A DNA stretch of 34,585 nucleotides, taken from the NCBI GenBank assembly GCA_016931955.1, contig JAFGDV010000037.1, positions 1 through 34,585 of the forward strand, in the 5' to 3' direction. Positions 27,124 through 34,585 of this stretch are shown piece after piece. This DNA comes from Candidatus Altiarchaeota archaeon. GTDB taxonomy: Archaea; Altiarchaeota; Altiarchaeia; IMC4; QMZM01. The first letter of the stretch is position 1. Every line of letters begins with the position of its first letter. Below the pieces are notes generated by a model that worked only from the letters and a program-made list of their open reading frames with translations, searched no databases and was not told the origin of the DNA. The translations under genes and the position numbers were made by a program.

Positions 27124-27556
27124 CTCTTATGAATCGACCCTCTGAGCTTAATATTAGATTATTCCCAGATATGGTGTTAACGCATACCCATACACTCTTC
27201 GTTGTATTATCTGAGTTAGGGACAGTTATAGGGAGTGGTAGGTCCATTGCCACAAACCATATTCCACCGGATAGGTAGGTGGAGTTCACTGTTGCGTAGA
27301 GGTATTCTTTTTGTGCTATCTGTATTGCCTGTTCTTCTGTCATGGTTACTGGTTTATCCTCTGGTTTTGTCTCTTGGTTGCTGGGGGATAATAAGAGGAT
27401 AGTGATCAGGAATACTATCACAACTGCTCCGATCGCCATTATCCTCAGTGGTCCTTCTCTGAGGCGGTCTGTTATCTCGTCTAAGCCTATTTCAGTAAAG
27501 TACCTAAGCCATCCAATGAAGTCCTCTATTTTTTTGCGCAGGTCGCTGGCGTCCAT
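27113..27556 (-). CDS. Hypothetical single-TM protein, possibly with a PepSY-like domain
   Basis: TM at IMAIGAVVIVFLITILLL; MTEEQAIQIAQ...WFV...VCVNTISG pattern. Confidence 0.6.
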   Translation of the reverse strand: MDASDLRKKIEDFIGWLRYFTEIGLDEITDRLREGPLRIMAIGAVVIVFLITILLLSPSNQETKPEDKPVTMTEEQAIQIAQKEYLYATVNSTYLSGGIWFVAMDLPLPITVPNSDNTTKSVWVCVNTISGNNLILSSEGRFIRGEL

Positions 27557-27567
27557 AGGGTGTCCTT

Positions 27568-27593
27568 TATTTATCTGATTCTGGGGATAAATA
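27568..27593. promoter_or_regulatory. Symmetric divergent promoter element TATTTATC-N10-GATAAATA
   Basis: Inverted repeat in the 46-nt gap; each arm is ~30 nt upstream of the start codon on its own strand. Confidence 0.45.
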
Positions 27594-27602
27594 CTTTATA
27601 CG

Positions 27603-28406
27603 ATGACTTCGAAGGTTGCGGTTAAGGATTACATGACCACCGGCGTTGATTCTCTGCCTTACAATATAAGTGTGGGCGAAGCCATTGAGTTGCTCCTGAA
27701 GTCCAAGCACGCCTATTTTCCAGTGACCAGGAACAATTATCTTGTTGGTGTGGTGAATGCTGCGGATCTGCTCAGACACTATAAGACGCCTGAGATGCCT
27801 ATCAAGGACATGACCGGTAGAAAGCTTATCGTCGCACGACCAGACGTCTTCTTGGACGATGCGGCGCGCATAATGTTCAGGAACGGCTTGAAGAGGCTGC
27901 CGGTAATCGATGAAAAAGGGAAATTGGTCGGCATCATAACCAACACCGACATAGTAAGGTCTCACATAGAGCGGGCCACCCCCCGAAAGGTGGACATGAT
28001 CAAGAACCTCATCGAAGGAGAGCATCGAGTGAAAGTCACAGTTGAAAGATATGATGTTCCCATAGATAAACTGCATCCGACGCAGGATACAATATATGCG
28101 GATGAGTTGGAGGGGAGGAAGTATGAGTTGAAGAGGGGTCTAGCTGAACCCCTCATCGTTGTGAAGAAGAGGAATTACTTTGTATTAGTTGATGGCCATC
28201 ATAGGGCGGTGGCGGCTCGCGGTCTGGACATGGATGAGTTGACTGCGCACGTTCTGGAGATGGACAAGGATGTTGAACTGGGCATGGAGAAGACAGCCCG
28301 AGAGAGAAATCTCATAACCTTGGATGATATCAAAATAATGGATTATGCTCAGCACCCACTGGTTGAGATAACCACTAAGTTGATTGAGAGAAAGCACCTC
28401 AAATAG
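27603..28406 (+). CDS. CBS-pair + ParB/Srx domain protein
   Basis: VKDYMT...FPV...LVGVV and LPVIDEKGKLVGIITNTDI CBS motifs; LHPTQ...EPLIVV...LVDGHHRAVAA ParB/Srx motif. Confidence 0.9.
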   Translation: MTSKVAVKDYMTTGVDSLPYNISVGEAIELLLKSKHAYFPVTRNNYLVGVVNAADLLRHYKTPEMPIKDMTGRKLIVARPDVFLDDAARIMFRNGLKRLPVIDEKGKLVGIITNTDIVRSHIERATPRKVDMIKNLIEGEHRVKVTVERYDVPIDKLHPTQDTIYADELEGRKYELKRGLAEPLIVVKKRNYFVLVDGHHRAVAARGLDMDELTAHVLEMDKDVELGMEKTARERNLITLDDIKIMDYAQHPLVEITTKLIERKHLK

Positions 28407-28525
28407 CTAAGAAGATCAGAATCTAGAAGCCACGTTGTATGTTATTCAAATTCCGGGGAACTTGGAATTCTGCTTTTTATATCTATATTTGGAATATAAT
28501 TTTATTGGTTGGGTGAGTGAAAAAA

Positions 28526-28753
28526 TTGGCTGAATTACCACTGGCTCCTGTGGAACGAGTTATGCGGAATGCTGGCGCTGAACGTATTTCTATAGACGCT
28601 GTGAAGAGGGCGGCAGATGAGGCAGAGCTTGTTATAAAGAGGCTGACAGAGGATGCGCAGAAGATTGCGCACGGCGAGGGCAGGGCGACAATAACCTCTA
28701 AAGACATAACTCTTGCGTCCAAAAAGTTAGTGGCGGCTGAGGCTTACCCCTAA
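28526..28753 (+). CDS. Archaeal histone (HMf family), divergent
   Basis: ELPLAPVERVMRNAGAERIS...GRATITSKDITLA. Start probably TTG 28526 behind GGTGA (GTG 28517 is the alternative). TTTTTATA box near 28474. Confidence 0.92.
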   Translation: MAELPLAPVERVMRNAGAERISIDAVKRAADEAELVIKRLTEDAQKIAHGEGRATITSKDITLASKKLVAAEAYP

Positions 28754-28767
28754 CGGGGTGGTAGGGT

Positions 28768-29160
28768 TTGAATTCGCTGATATTCAGGAAGGGCTTCAAG
28801 GACTGGAAGACAACCTATCGAGTTGAAATAGGTTTCGAGTACACTGCGGACCTAGAGAAGAAGCTGACCAATGTGATCCTGCATCAAATAGACAACAACC
28901 GCACTGTCTCAATACCCTGGAGCGTGCTTGAGACCTTCTTGAACGGTGGAAGAGAGGGTATATATGCTGACGCTTATGGGTTGGTCATAAGACCCATTGA
29001 TGATGGCATACTGGTCTCTGATTCGCGTTTTCTTAAAATAATCATCCATGGAGACCAGGTAGAGGCGATAAAGAGGGCTGCGAAGAACGTTGAAGAAGAC
29101 ATCTCCGAGTCTGTTGAAAGGATATTGAGAGATTTTAGCGCACACCGGGCAGCTTACTAG
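28768..29160 (+). CDS. Hypothetical protein
   Basis: 130-aa ORF filling the gap between the histone and VanZ genes with short spacers; no recognised motif. Confidence 0.6.
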   Translation: MNSLIFRKGFKDWKTTYRVEIGFEYTADLEKKLTNVILHQIDNNRTVSIPWSVLETFLNGGREGIYADAYGLVIRPIDDGILVSDSRFLKIIIHGDQVEAIKRAAKNVEEDISESVERILRDFSAHRAAY

Positions 29161-29171
29161 TTTACTGAAAG

Positions 29172-29552
29172 ATGATGCGTGTTATCAACTGGCTTGAGGA
29201 GCATAAAAGGGCATGTTGGCTTCTCACCCTGGGCTACATGTCCCTCATATTCCTTCTCTCTTCGATGCCTCGCCTGCCTCAGCCCCTACCATTCACCACT
29301 TATTCACAGATAATAGAGCATGTGGGGGAGTATGCTGTACTGGGATTTTTGCTTTCCATGTCATTGAGGTCCAAGAGGGAGGGCGTTAAGAAAAAGACTC
29401 TTTTATTCGCAGTCCTCATAGCCTCTCTCTATGGTGTCTCAGATGAATTCCATCAGTTTTTTGTTCCTGGAAGAGTGGCCAGCGTATTTGATGTCTTCGC
29501 CGACGTTGTTGGTTCGATCCTGGGGGTGTTTTTTAGGAGGCGCTTAGGGTAG
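29172..29552 (+). CDS. VanZ-like membrane protein
   Basis: LIFLLSS, EHVGEYAVLGFLL, YGVSDEFHQFFVPGRVASVFDVFADVVG. Confidence 0.9.
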   Translation: MMRVINWLEEHKRACWLLTLGYMSLIFLLSSMPRLPQPLPFTTYSQIIEHVGEYAVLGFLLSMSLRSKREGVKKKTLLFAVLIASLYGVSDEFHQFFVPGRVASVFDVFADVVGSILGVFFRRRLG

Positions 29553-30425
29553 TATGTTAAGGCCTAGTTCCCTGCCAAAGTCAATGGCTTCTTGATATTC
29601 CACGTGGTTTAACCTTCTCTGAAGTTCCCCATATCCCATGGCCTTGTATTCCGGACGATATTGTCCCATCATGTTCACTGCAGGATTCTCCATGTTTTCT
29701 GAAATCCACTCTAGGATGGGTTTTGTGCAGCATTCAAGGTGTTCCGGTAGGATAAGATGCCTTATGATGACCTCGCATTGCTCTTCAGCCAGCTTGTGGT
29801 TTCTCTTTATTACCTCCGTATAATTTCTTGCATCTGAGAGCCTTTCAGCGCATTCGTCGTTGCCGTATTTGAAGTCTGTTAGATACACATCAATAACGCC
29901 ATCAAGCAACTTCATCGCCTCCTCTGTGAGGTACATGTTCGAGTTCCATATCTGCGGTATGTTCCCATCCAAGTTGTCCAAGACCTGCAGTATGTAGTGG
30001 ATGTTCGGCGTAGGATCCCCTCCAACCCAGTTCACGTTTATTCCCTCAGTTTTTGTGATCATTTCAGCTAACCTTTCTGGCTTTATGTAGATCCCTCCCC
30101 CAGGGTATTGGCTTATGTCCCAGTTCTGGCAGTAGACACACCTGAACGTGCAACCAGAGAAGAATATCGTATAGGAGGGGATCAGTTCGGCTTCCTCCCC
30201 CCAGTGCAGGAACTCTGACGTAATCCTTGACTCAAGAACCCTGCAGTAGCCCCTCTGCCCCATCAGACGATTGACGCCGCATCGCCTCTCACAGAATCTA
30301 CAAGCATGGAGTATGTCCTCAGCAGCGTTTATTTTCTCCCCCAGCTCAGTGCAGAGTAGATACCTTGATTTTTCCCTGCCTGCGAGAATCGATGAATATC
30401 TTTCCAGTGGCTTTTTAGTCATCAT
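29544..30425 (-). CDS. Radical SAM protein, PflX-like (PFL-activating enzyme homologue)
   Basis: CRFCERRCGVNR...GYC, HWGEE, IFFSGCTFRCVYCQNWDISQ, NWVGGDPTP, DVYLTDFKYGN, IIRHLILP. Confidence 0.9.
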   Translation of the reverse strand: MMTKKPLERYSSILAGREKSRYLLCTELGEKINAAEDILHACRFCERRCGVNRLMGQRGYCRVLESRITSEFLHWGEEAELIPSYTIFFSGCTFRCVYCQNWDISQYPGGGIYIKPERLAEMITKTEGINVNWVGGDPTPNIHYILQVLDNLDGNIPQIWNSNMYLTEEAMKLLDGVIDVYLTDFKYGNDECAERLSDARNYTEVIKRNHKLAEEQCEVIIRHLILPEHLECCTKPILEWISENMENPAVNMMGQYRPEYKAMGYGELQRRLNHVEYQEAIDFGRELGLNILP

Positions 30426-30433
30426 GTCCTAGA

Positions 30434-30445
30434 TAGTATATATCC
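30434..30445. promoter_or_regulatory. Third copy of TAGTATATATCC in the divergent pflX/PAC2 gap
   Basis: Exact match to the 17961 and 19030 copies. Confidence 0.5.
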
Positions 30446-30459
30446 CTGATTCAAAAAAA

Positions 30460-31227
30460 ATGGAGAATGTTGTGGTAAAGATACTCAAGGAACCTAAGCT
30501 GAAGAATCCTATCCTAGTGGAGGGTCTGCCGGGTATCGGGTTAGTGGGAAAGCTGGCGGCGGACCACATGCTTGACGAGCTTAAGGCTAAAAAGTTCATA
30601 GAGATATATTCCCCATACCTTCCCCCTCAGGTTTTTATACAGGATGACGGTACCATCAGGCTGGTGAACATGGAATTCCACTACTGGAGGGGTAAGAAAA
30701 GCGACCTCATACTCCTCACAGGGGAGTTCCAGGGCATTACCCCTGACAGCCAGTATCAGCTATCAGAGAAGATCCTGGATATTGCCGAGCGATTTAATGT
30801 TTCGAAGATATTCACTCTAGGGGGTCTTGGCACTGGGGACATAACCACTAAGCCCCGCGTCTTCGGGGCCGTAACTAAGAAGGAGCTGATAGGTGAATTG
30901 GAAGGATCTGGGATAGTCTTTAAGGGCGGTGGTGCAATATTTGGGGCCTCCGGGCTTCTACTGGGCCTAGGTTTATTGCGGGGGATTCATGGGGCCTGCT
31001 TGATGGGCGAAACCCATGGCCAGATTATAGATGCTAAGTCTGCTGAGGCCGTGCTTAGGGTATTAACTAGGGTGCTTGGCATCGAAATCGATATGACCAA
31101 GCTTGCGGAAAAGGCGAAGGAGACGGAGAAACAGATAGGAAAGGTGAGCAGGGTCATATCCGAGCAGAAGAAGGCTCTTAAGAGGCAGCAGGAGTTTATC
31201 GACGAGACCCCCAGCTATATTCGTTAG
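30460..31227 (+). CDS. PAC2 family proteasome assembly chaperone-like protein
   Basis: LVEGLPGIGLVGKLAADH, PPQV, IFTLGG, GASGLLLG, CLMGETHG..IDAKSA. Confidence 0.92.
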   Translation: MENVVVKILKEPKLKNPILVEGLPGIGLVGKLAADHMLDELKAKKFIEIYSPYLPPQVFIQDDGTIRLVNMEFHYWRGKKSDLILLTGEFQGITPDSQYQLSEKILDIAERFNVSKIFTLGGLGTGDITTKPRVFGAVTKKELIGELEGSGIVFKGGGAIFGASGLLLGLGLLRGIHGACLMGETHGQIIDAKSAEAVLRVLTRVLGIEIDMTKLAEKAKETEKQIGKVSRVISEQKKALKRQQEFIDETPSYIR

Positions 31228-32120
31228 ATAAAACCTAGTTCCTGCTTTGTTGGAAGCCCTGTTCTCGCACCCAGTTTTTGTATGCATCGCGCAGCCATTC
31301 TGTTTCCAAGAATGCCTGATTCGTGGGTACTTTTTCCCGAGATCAGACCGTAGATAAAACCTGCTGAGAAGGCGTCGCCTGCACCGGTTGTGTCCACGAC
31401 CCTCACCCCCGCAGCCTTTACCTTGTGTTCTCCGTCCTGGTCTCGGAGGTAACAGCCTTTATCCCCTAATGTAACCGCCACCCTCTTGACCCCTTTTTCG
31501 ATTAATGTTTTACTACCGTTCCTATAATCCTCACCGGTCATCACCCTTATCTCTGACTCGTTCAGGAATACTATCGAACTCCTCTTCAATATGGGCAGCA
31601 TGGGAGACAATCCCTTTCTAGAGTACAATATGCCTGGGCTGAGGCTTATCTCTACCTTCTTTGGTAGCAGGTTAACGATTTTCTTCTGTAATCCAAATTG
31701 TCTGTCATCTACGAAAGAGCTCAGGTGCAGGTATCCGGTGTTCTTGGCGTATTCTAGGAGTTCCTCTTTGAATTCTAGCATGCTGTTGGCTCCTGGGTAG
31801 GGGTAAAGCGTCCTCTCCCCCCGGGAGTCTACAAAGCCTATGATGAATCCCGTTCTGCCTTTGAGTATGGATATCCCTCTTGTGTTAACCCCATAATCCT
31901 TGAAGTCTTCAAGCATAATCCTGCCTTCTGGATCGTCTCCTAATGCCCCGATGAAGCCTGTTCTCAGGCCCAGCCTTGCAAGTCCTGCTATGGTGTTCGC
32001 AGCCGATCCTCCTGGCAGTTCCTCGAAGTCAAGGATCTCCTGGTGTTCTCCCTCCTTTGCGAGATCTTTGACCCGATACAATCTGTCCAGGTTCAGTGCA
32101 CCAAAGCCGATAACATCCAT
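31224..32120 (-). CDS. PfkB family carbohydrate/nucleoside kinase
   Basis: PGGSAANT..GLARLG, FLNESE, VTLGDKG, VVDTTGAGDAFSAGF. Confidence 0.93.
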   Translation of the reverse strand: MDVIGFGALNLDRLYRVKDLAKEGEHQEILDFEELPGGSAANTIAGLARLGLRTGFIGALGDDPEGRIMLEDFKDYGVNTRGISILKGRTGFIIGFVDSRGERTLYPYPGANSMLEFKEELLEYAKNTGYLHLSSFVDDRQFGLQKKIVNLLPKKVEISLSPGILYSRKGLSPMLPILKRSSIVFLNESEIRVMTGEDYRNGSKTLIEKGVKRVAVTLGDKGCYLRDQDGEHKVKAAGVRVVDTTGAGDAFSAGFIYGLISGKSTHESGILGNRMAARCIQKLGARTGLPTKQELGFI

Positions 32121-32121
32121 T

Positions 32122-32463
32122 CTAACATGTTAAATGTAATGCGGCGATGACCTTCTTCTCACCGAACATCCTGTTGTATGTACTACAAGCCTTACCCGTT
32201 CTCTCCACTATCAACTCAACACCCCTAGATTCAATAAATTTTCTGGTTTCTGGTGGAACACTCATCATCCCAGAGTTGCCTGTGCCGATGATCAACAGGT
32301 CCGGTTTCCTTCCGATAATCTCTGAGATATCCCCGACCAATAGCCTATGTCCCTCCTTCCGCCACCAGTCTGATTCCACGTGATCCTCAAGCATTACTAC
32401 ATCGCTCGTATAGGCCTTACCGTCTATGACAATCCGGCCGAAGTCGTAGCTGTCTACCCTCAT
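32122..32463 (-). CDS. Mth938-like (DUF498) protein
   Basis: YDFGRIVIDGKAYTSDV, WWRKEGH, LIIGTG, ACSTYN, AALHLTC. Confidence 0.92.
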   Translation of the reverse strand: MRVDSYDFGRIVIDGKAYTSDVVMLEDHVESDWWRKEGHRLLVGDISEIIGRKPDLLIIGTGNSGMMSVPPETRKFIESRGVELIVERTGKACSTYNRMFGEKKVIAALHLTC

Positions 32464-32469
32464 TTTGGA

Positions 32470-34491
32470 TTATGCTACTTCACCCATTTCCAGTTCTATC
32501 TCAATCAACCTCTTCTGGTAGTCTTCCATTATCCCTTGATAGATGTCTGCACCCACTCTTCCCTGCCGGTACCTTTCCTCGAGGATCTGGATTTTGTGCT
32601 CTAGTTTGTCTTTTTCTTCCTTTAACTCCTGGAAGATATGATTCCCATCAATCCTCTTCTCTCTGCTGGTTTCTTCCGGTCCACCGGAAACGATCCTCTT
32701 CACTGTCCTGTAATCCTCATATTCCCCCTCTTTTTCATCTTTTCTTTCATCCTTATAGCTTAGCCTGAATCCCTCGTTGAGTTTTTTCACCATTGCATAT
32801 AAGTCCCTGTAGAGTTCCTTCTCTCCGCTGGAGTCCATAAGCTCTTCTGCGGATATCGCCCAAGGTATCAGGGTGGATTCCTGTTCTCGGATTGCTGTCA
32901 GAAAATCATCCATGGTGATGTCTCTCTCAGATGACTCGGATACTGCCTTTTTCCAGGGGATGCTTGCCGCATTATTGCAGATTTCATCGATGTCCGCTGC
33001 AGAGTAGCCCTCCGTTAATTCCGCCAGCTTTTCTAAGTCCACTTCAGGGGACAAGGGTTTCCCCAGCGTGCAAATCCCAAAGATTTCAATCCTTGAATGA
33101 AAATCTGGTGGGGGGATGAATATCCTCTTGCTGAATCTCCCAGACCTCCTTAGTGCGGGGTCAAGCTCCCAGGGTGTATCTGTTGCAGCTATAACCAATA
33201 CGTCTTCACTCAGCCCCTCCACGCCGCTCATGTCCATTAGAAACTGATTCAGTATTCTCTTCTTCGAGCTGTCAAGAGAACTCTTGCGGCTGCAGAGGGC
33301 ATCTATCTCGTCAAAGAATATGATCGCTGGCGCGTTTTTGCTTGCTTGTTCAAACACTCTATGTATCTCATCAGCACCCTCCCCTTTCTCTCCAACAATG
33401 TCGCTGATGTTTACGTTGAAGAAGGAAACACCGCACTCCCCAACAGCCGCTCTTGCAAGTTGAGTCTTCCCACATCCTGGAGGCCCATACAATAATATCC
33501 CTCCGCCGGTTTTCTTCCCGAATTTCTGGGATACTTTGGTGTGGGTTAGGGGGTAGATTATTGATTCAGTGATCTCCTTTTTTGCATTCTCCAACCCTCC
33601 AACGTCTGAAAAGGATATCGTCGATTTTTCGACTGGGGTGGAATCCATAACGCCGAGTTCAGTGCTCAGGGATATGGGTTTTAACCTAACCTCTGTTTCA
33701 TAATTCCTCTTCGCATTTTTACTGTTCTTGGAACATAGAGGAAAGTGTGAGACAACCTCCGCCCCTTGCCCTTCACAGTGTTCGCACAGGAGGTAGGGTA
33801 TATATATTATCGCATCGAGCATCACATCGCAGTTGGATAAATAGCGGATAACTCTTGCGATCTTCTCTATGGAATACTCTATCATACTTCGGTGATACGA
33901 GTTATCGACGGTGTCTGTAGTCTCTAAAAAATAGGACAGGTCATATCTTCTATCATCGAATTTCGGCAAGTAGTATGCTGGTTTAACATAGTACTCCCTG
34001 ATCTCGCTCTCATCTATGGCGATCCTCATTATGTTGAACAGGCTGTTGCTTTTTGGTTCAAAGACCATGACAAGACCATGTCTTGCGAGCTCAATCACCA
34101 TATCCTGGTCTAATTCAGTGCACTCCACGCTGCCTCTTTCAAGTATGTAGCTGAGGGTGTTCAGCATCCCGGAGGGTAGATCAATCACCTTCCTCAGTAT
34201 GTCTGTTTTCTCTACCTGTGGTTTTGTATGAACAACCCCTTTGTGGTACATGTGATACAGGTCTGCTGTTGAAAGGTCGACGTAGAGATTATTTCGTTTT
34301 ACATGGGTTATGGTGTTCCTGAAGAGAAGGCCTTTATCGACTTTTTTCAGCCTTGTTACCCCCAGCTTGGCTAACGGCAAGTACTTTTTATGCAGTCTTA
34401 CCCTCGGATTGCCTTCGGCGAAGTCTAATACATTCCTCTCGAATTTTTCCGAAATAGCGAAGGATAAAGTATCTACTTTATTGATTTTCAT
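32470..34491 (-). CDS. Single-module classical-clade AAA+ ATPase (CDC48/Vps4-like) with unknown N-terminal region and C-terminal coiled coil
   Basis: FSDVGGL, LLYGPPGCGKT, IIFFDEIDAL, DPALRRSGRF, TEGYSAADI. Start placed at ATG 34491; the longer TTG-start ORF runs into a hairpin cluster. Confidence 0.88.
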   Translation of the reverse strand: MKINKVDTLSFAISEKFERNVLDFAEGNPRVRLHKKYLPLAKLGVTRLKKVDKGLLFRNTITHVKRNNLYVDLSTADLYHMYHKGVVHTKPQVEKTDILRKVIDLPSGMLNTLSYILERGSVECTELDQDMVIELARHGLVMVFEPKSNSLFNIMRIAIDESEIREYYVKPAYYLPKFDDRRYDLSYFLETTDTVDNSYHRSMIEYSIEKIARVIRYLSNCDVMLDAIIYIPYLLCEHCEGQGAEVVSHFPLCSKNSKNAKRNYETEVRLKPISLSTELGVMDSTPVEKSTISFSDVGGLENAKKEITESIIYPLTHTKVSQKFGKKTGGGILLYGPPGCGKTQLARAAVGECGVSFFNVNISDIVGEKGEGADEIHRVFEQASKNAPAIIFFDEIDALCSRKSSLDSSKKRILNQFLMDMSGVEGLSEDVLVIAATDTPWELDPALRRSGRFSKRIFIPPPDFHSRIEIFGICTLGKPLSPEVDLEKLAELTEGYSAADIDEICNNAASIPWKKAVSESSERDITMDDFLTAIREQESTLIPWAISAEELMDSSGEKELYRDLYAMVKKLNEGFRLSYKDERKDEKEGEYEDYRTVKRIVSGGPEETSREKRIDGNHIFQELKEEKDKLEHKIQILEERYRQGRVGADIYQGIMEDYQKRLIEIELEMGEVA

Positions 34492-34511
34492 TACAAACAC
34501 GCAAGGATACG

Positions 34512-34577
34512 ACAAATTGCCTTAGGCAATTTGTGTACAGCGACGAAGTCGCTTGTACTGCGTCCTTCAGGTCGCAG
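34512..34577. repeat. Three adjacent short hairpins (REP-like)
   Basis: ACAAATTGCC-TTA-GGCAATTTGT; GTACAGCGAC-GAA-GTCGCTTGTAC; CTGCGTCC-TTCA-GGTCGCAG. Confidence 0.75.
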
Positions 34578-34585
34578 AGGAACAC

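Noticed and set aside
19147-34585. Integrated virus or island at tRNA-Pro
   Set aside because: No integrase or viral genes; I saw no distal att copy; downstream genes are housekeeping.

Overview
Archaeal chromosomal window. Archaeal origin is supported by aIF2-alpha, Nop10, a histone, a PAC2 protein and TATA-box promoters; the gene content suggests Altiarchaeota or a related DPANN-like lineage, which is an inference. Bases 1-14.5 kb are a type IV pilus-like surface locus: a truncated pilin-like gene, then a tandem A-B-A'-B' set of giant, Cys- and sequon-rich proteins with class III signal peptides (A and A' carry vWA domains with variable insertions), two putative cytoplasmic scaffold proteins and a VirB11/CpaF-type ATPase. 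The rest is mostly housekeeping: M50 protease, ilvH, aIF2a-nop10-JAMM, hisC, tRNA-Pro, flippase-like/GT4, a Re-citrate-synthase-like enzyme, a MoxR-DUF58 cluster, a VirB2-like pilin, CBS-ParB, a divergent histone, VanZ, PflX, PAC2, PfkB, Mth938 and a divergent AAA+ ATPase. The most unusual non-coding feature is a ~460 bp array behind tRNA-Pro, where copies of the tRNA 3' end separate hairpin-packed cassettes with a shared end motif. All family calls come from motif recognition by eye; no searches were run.
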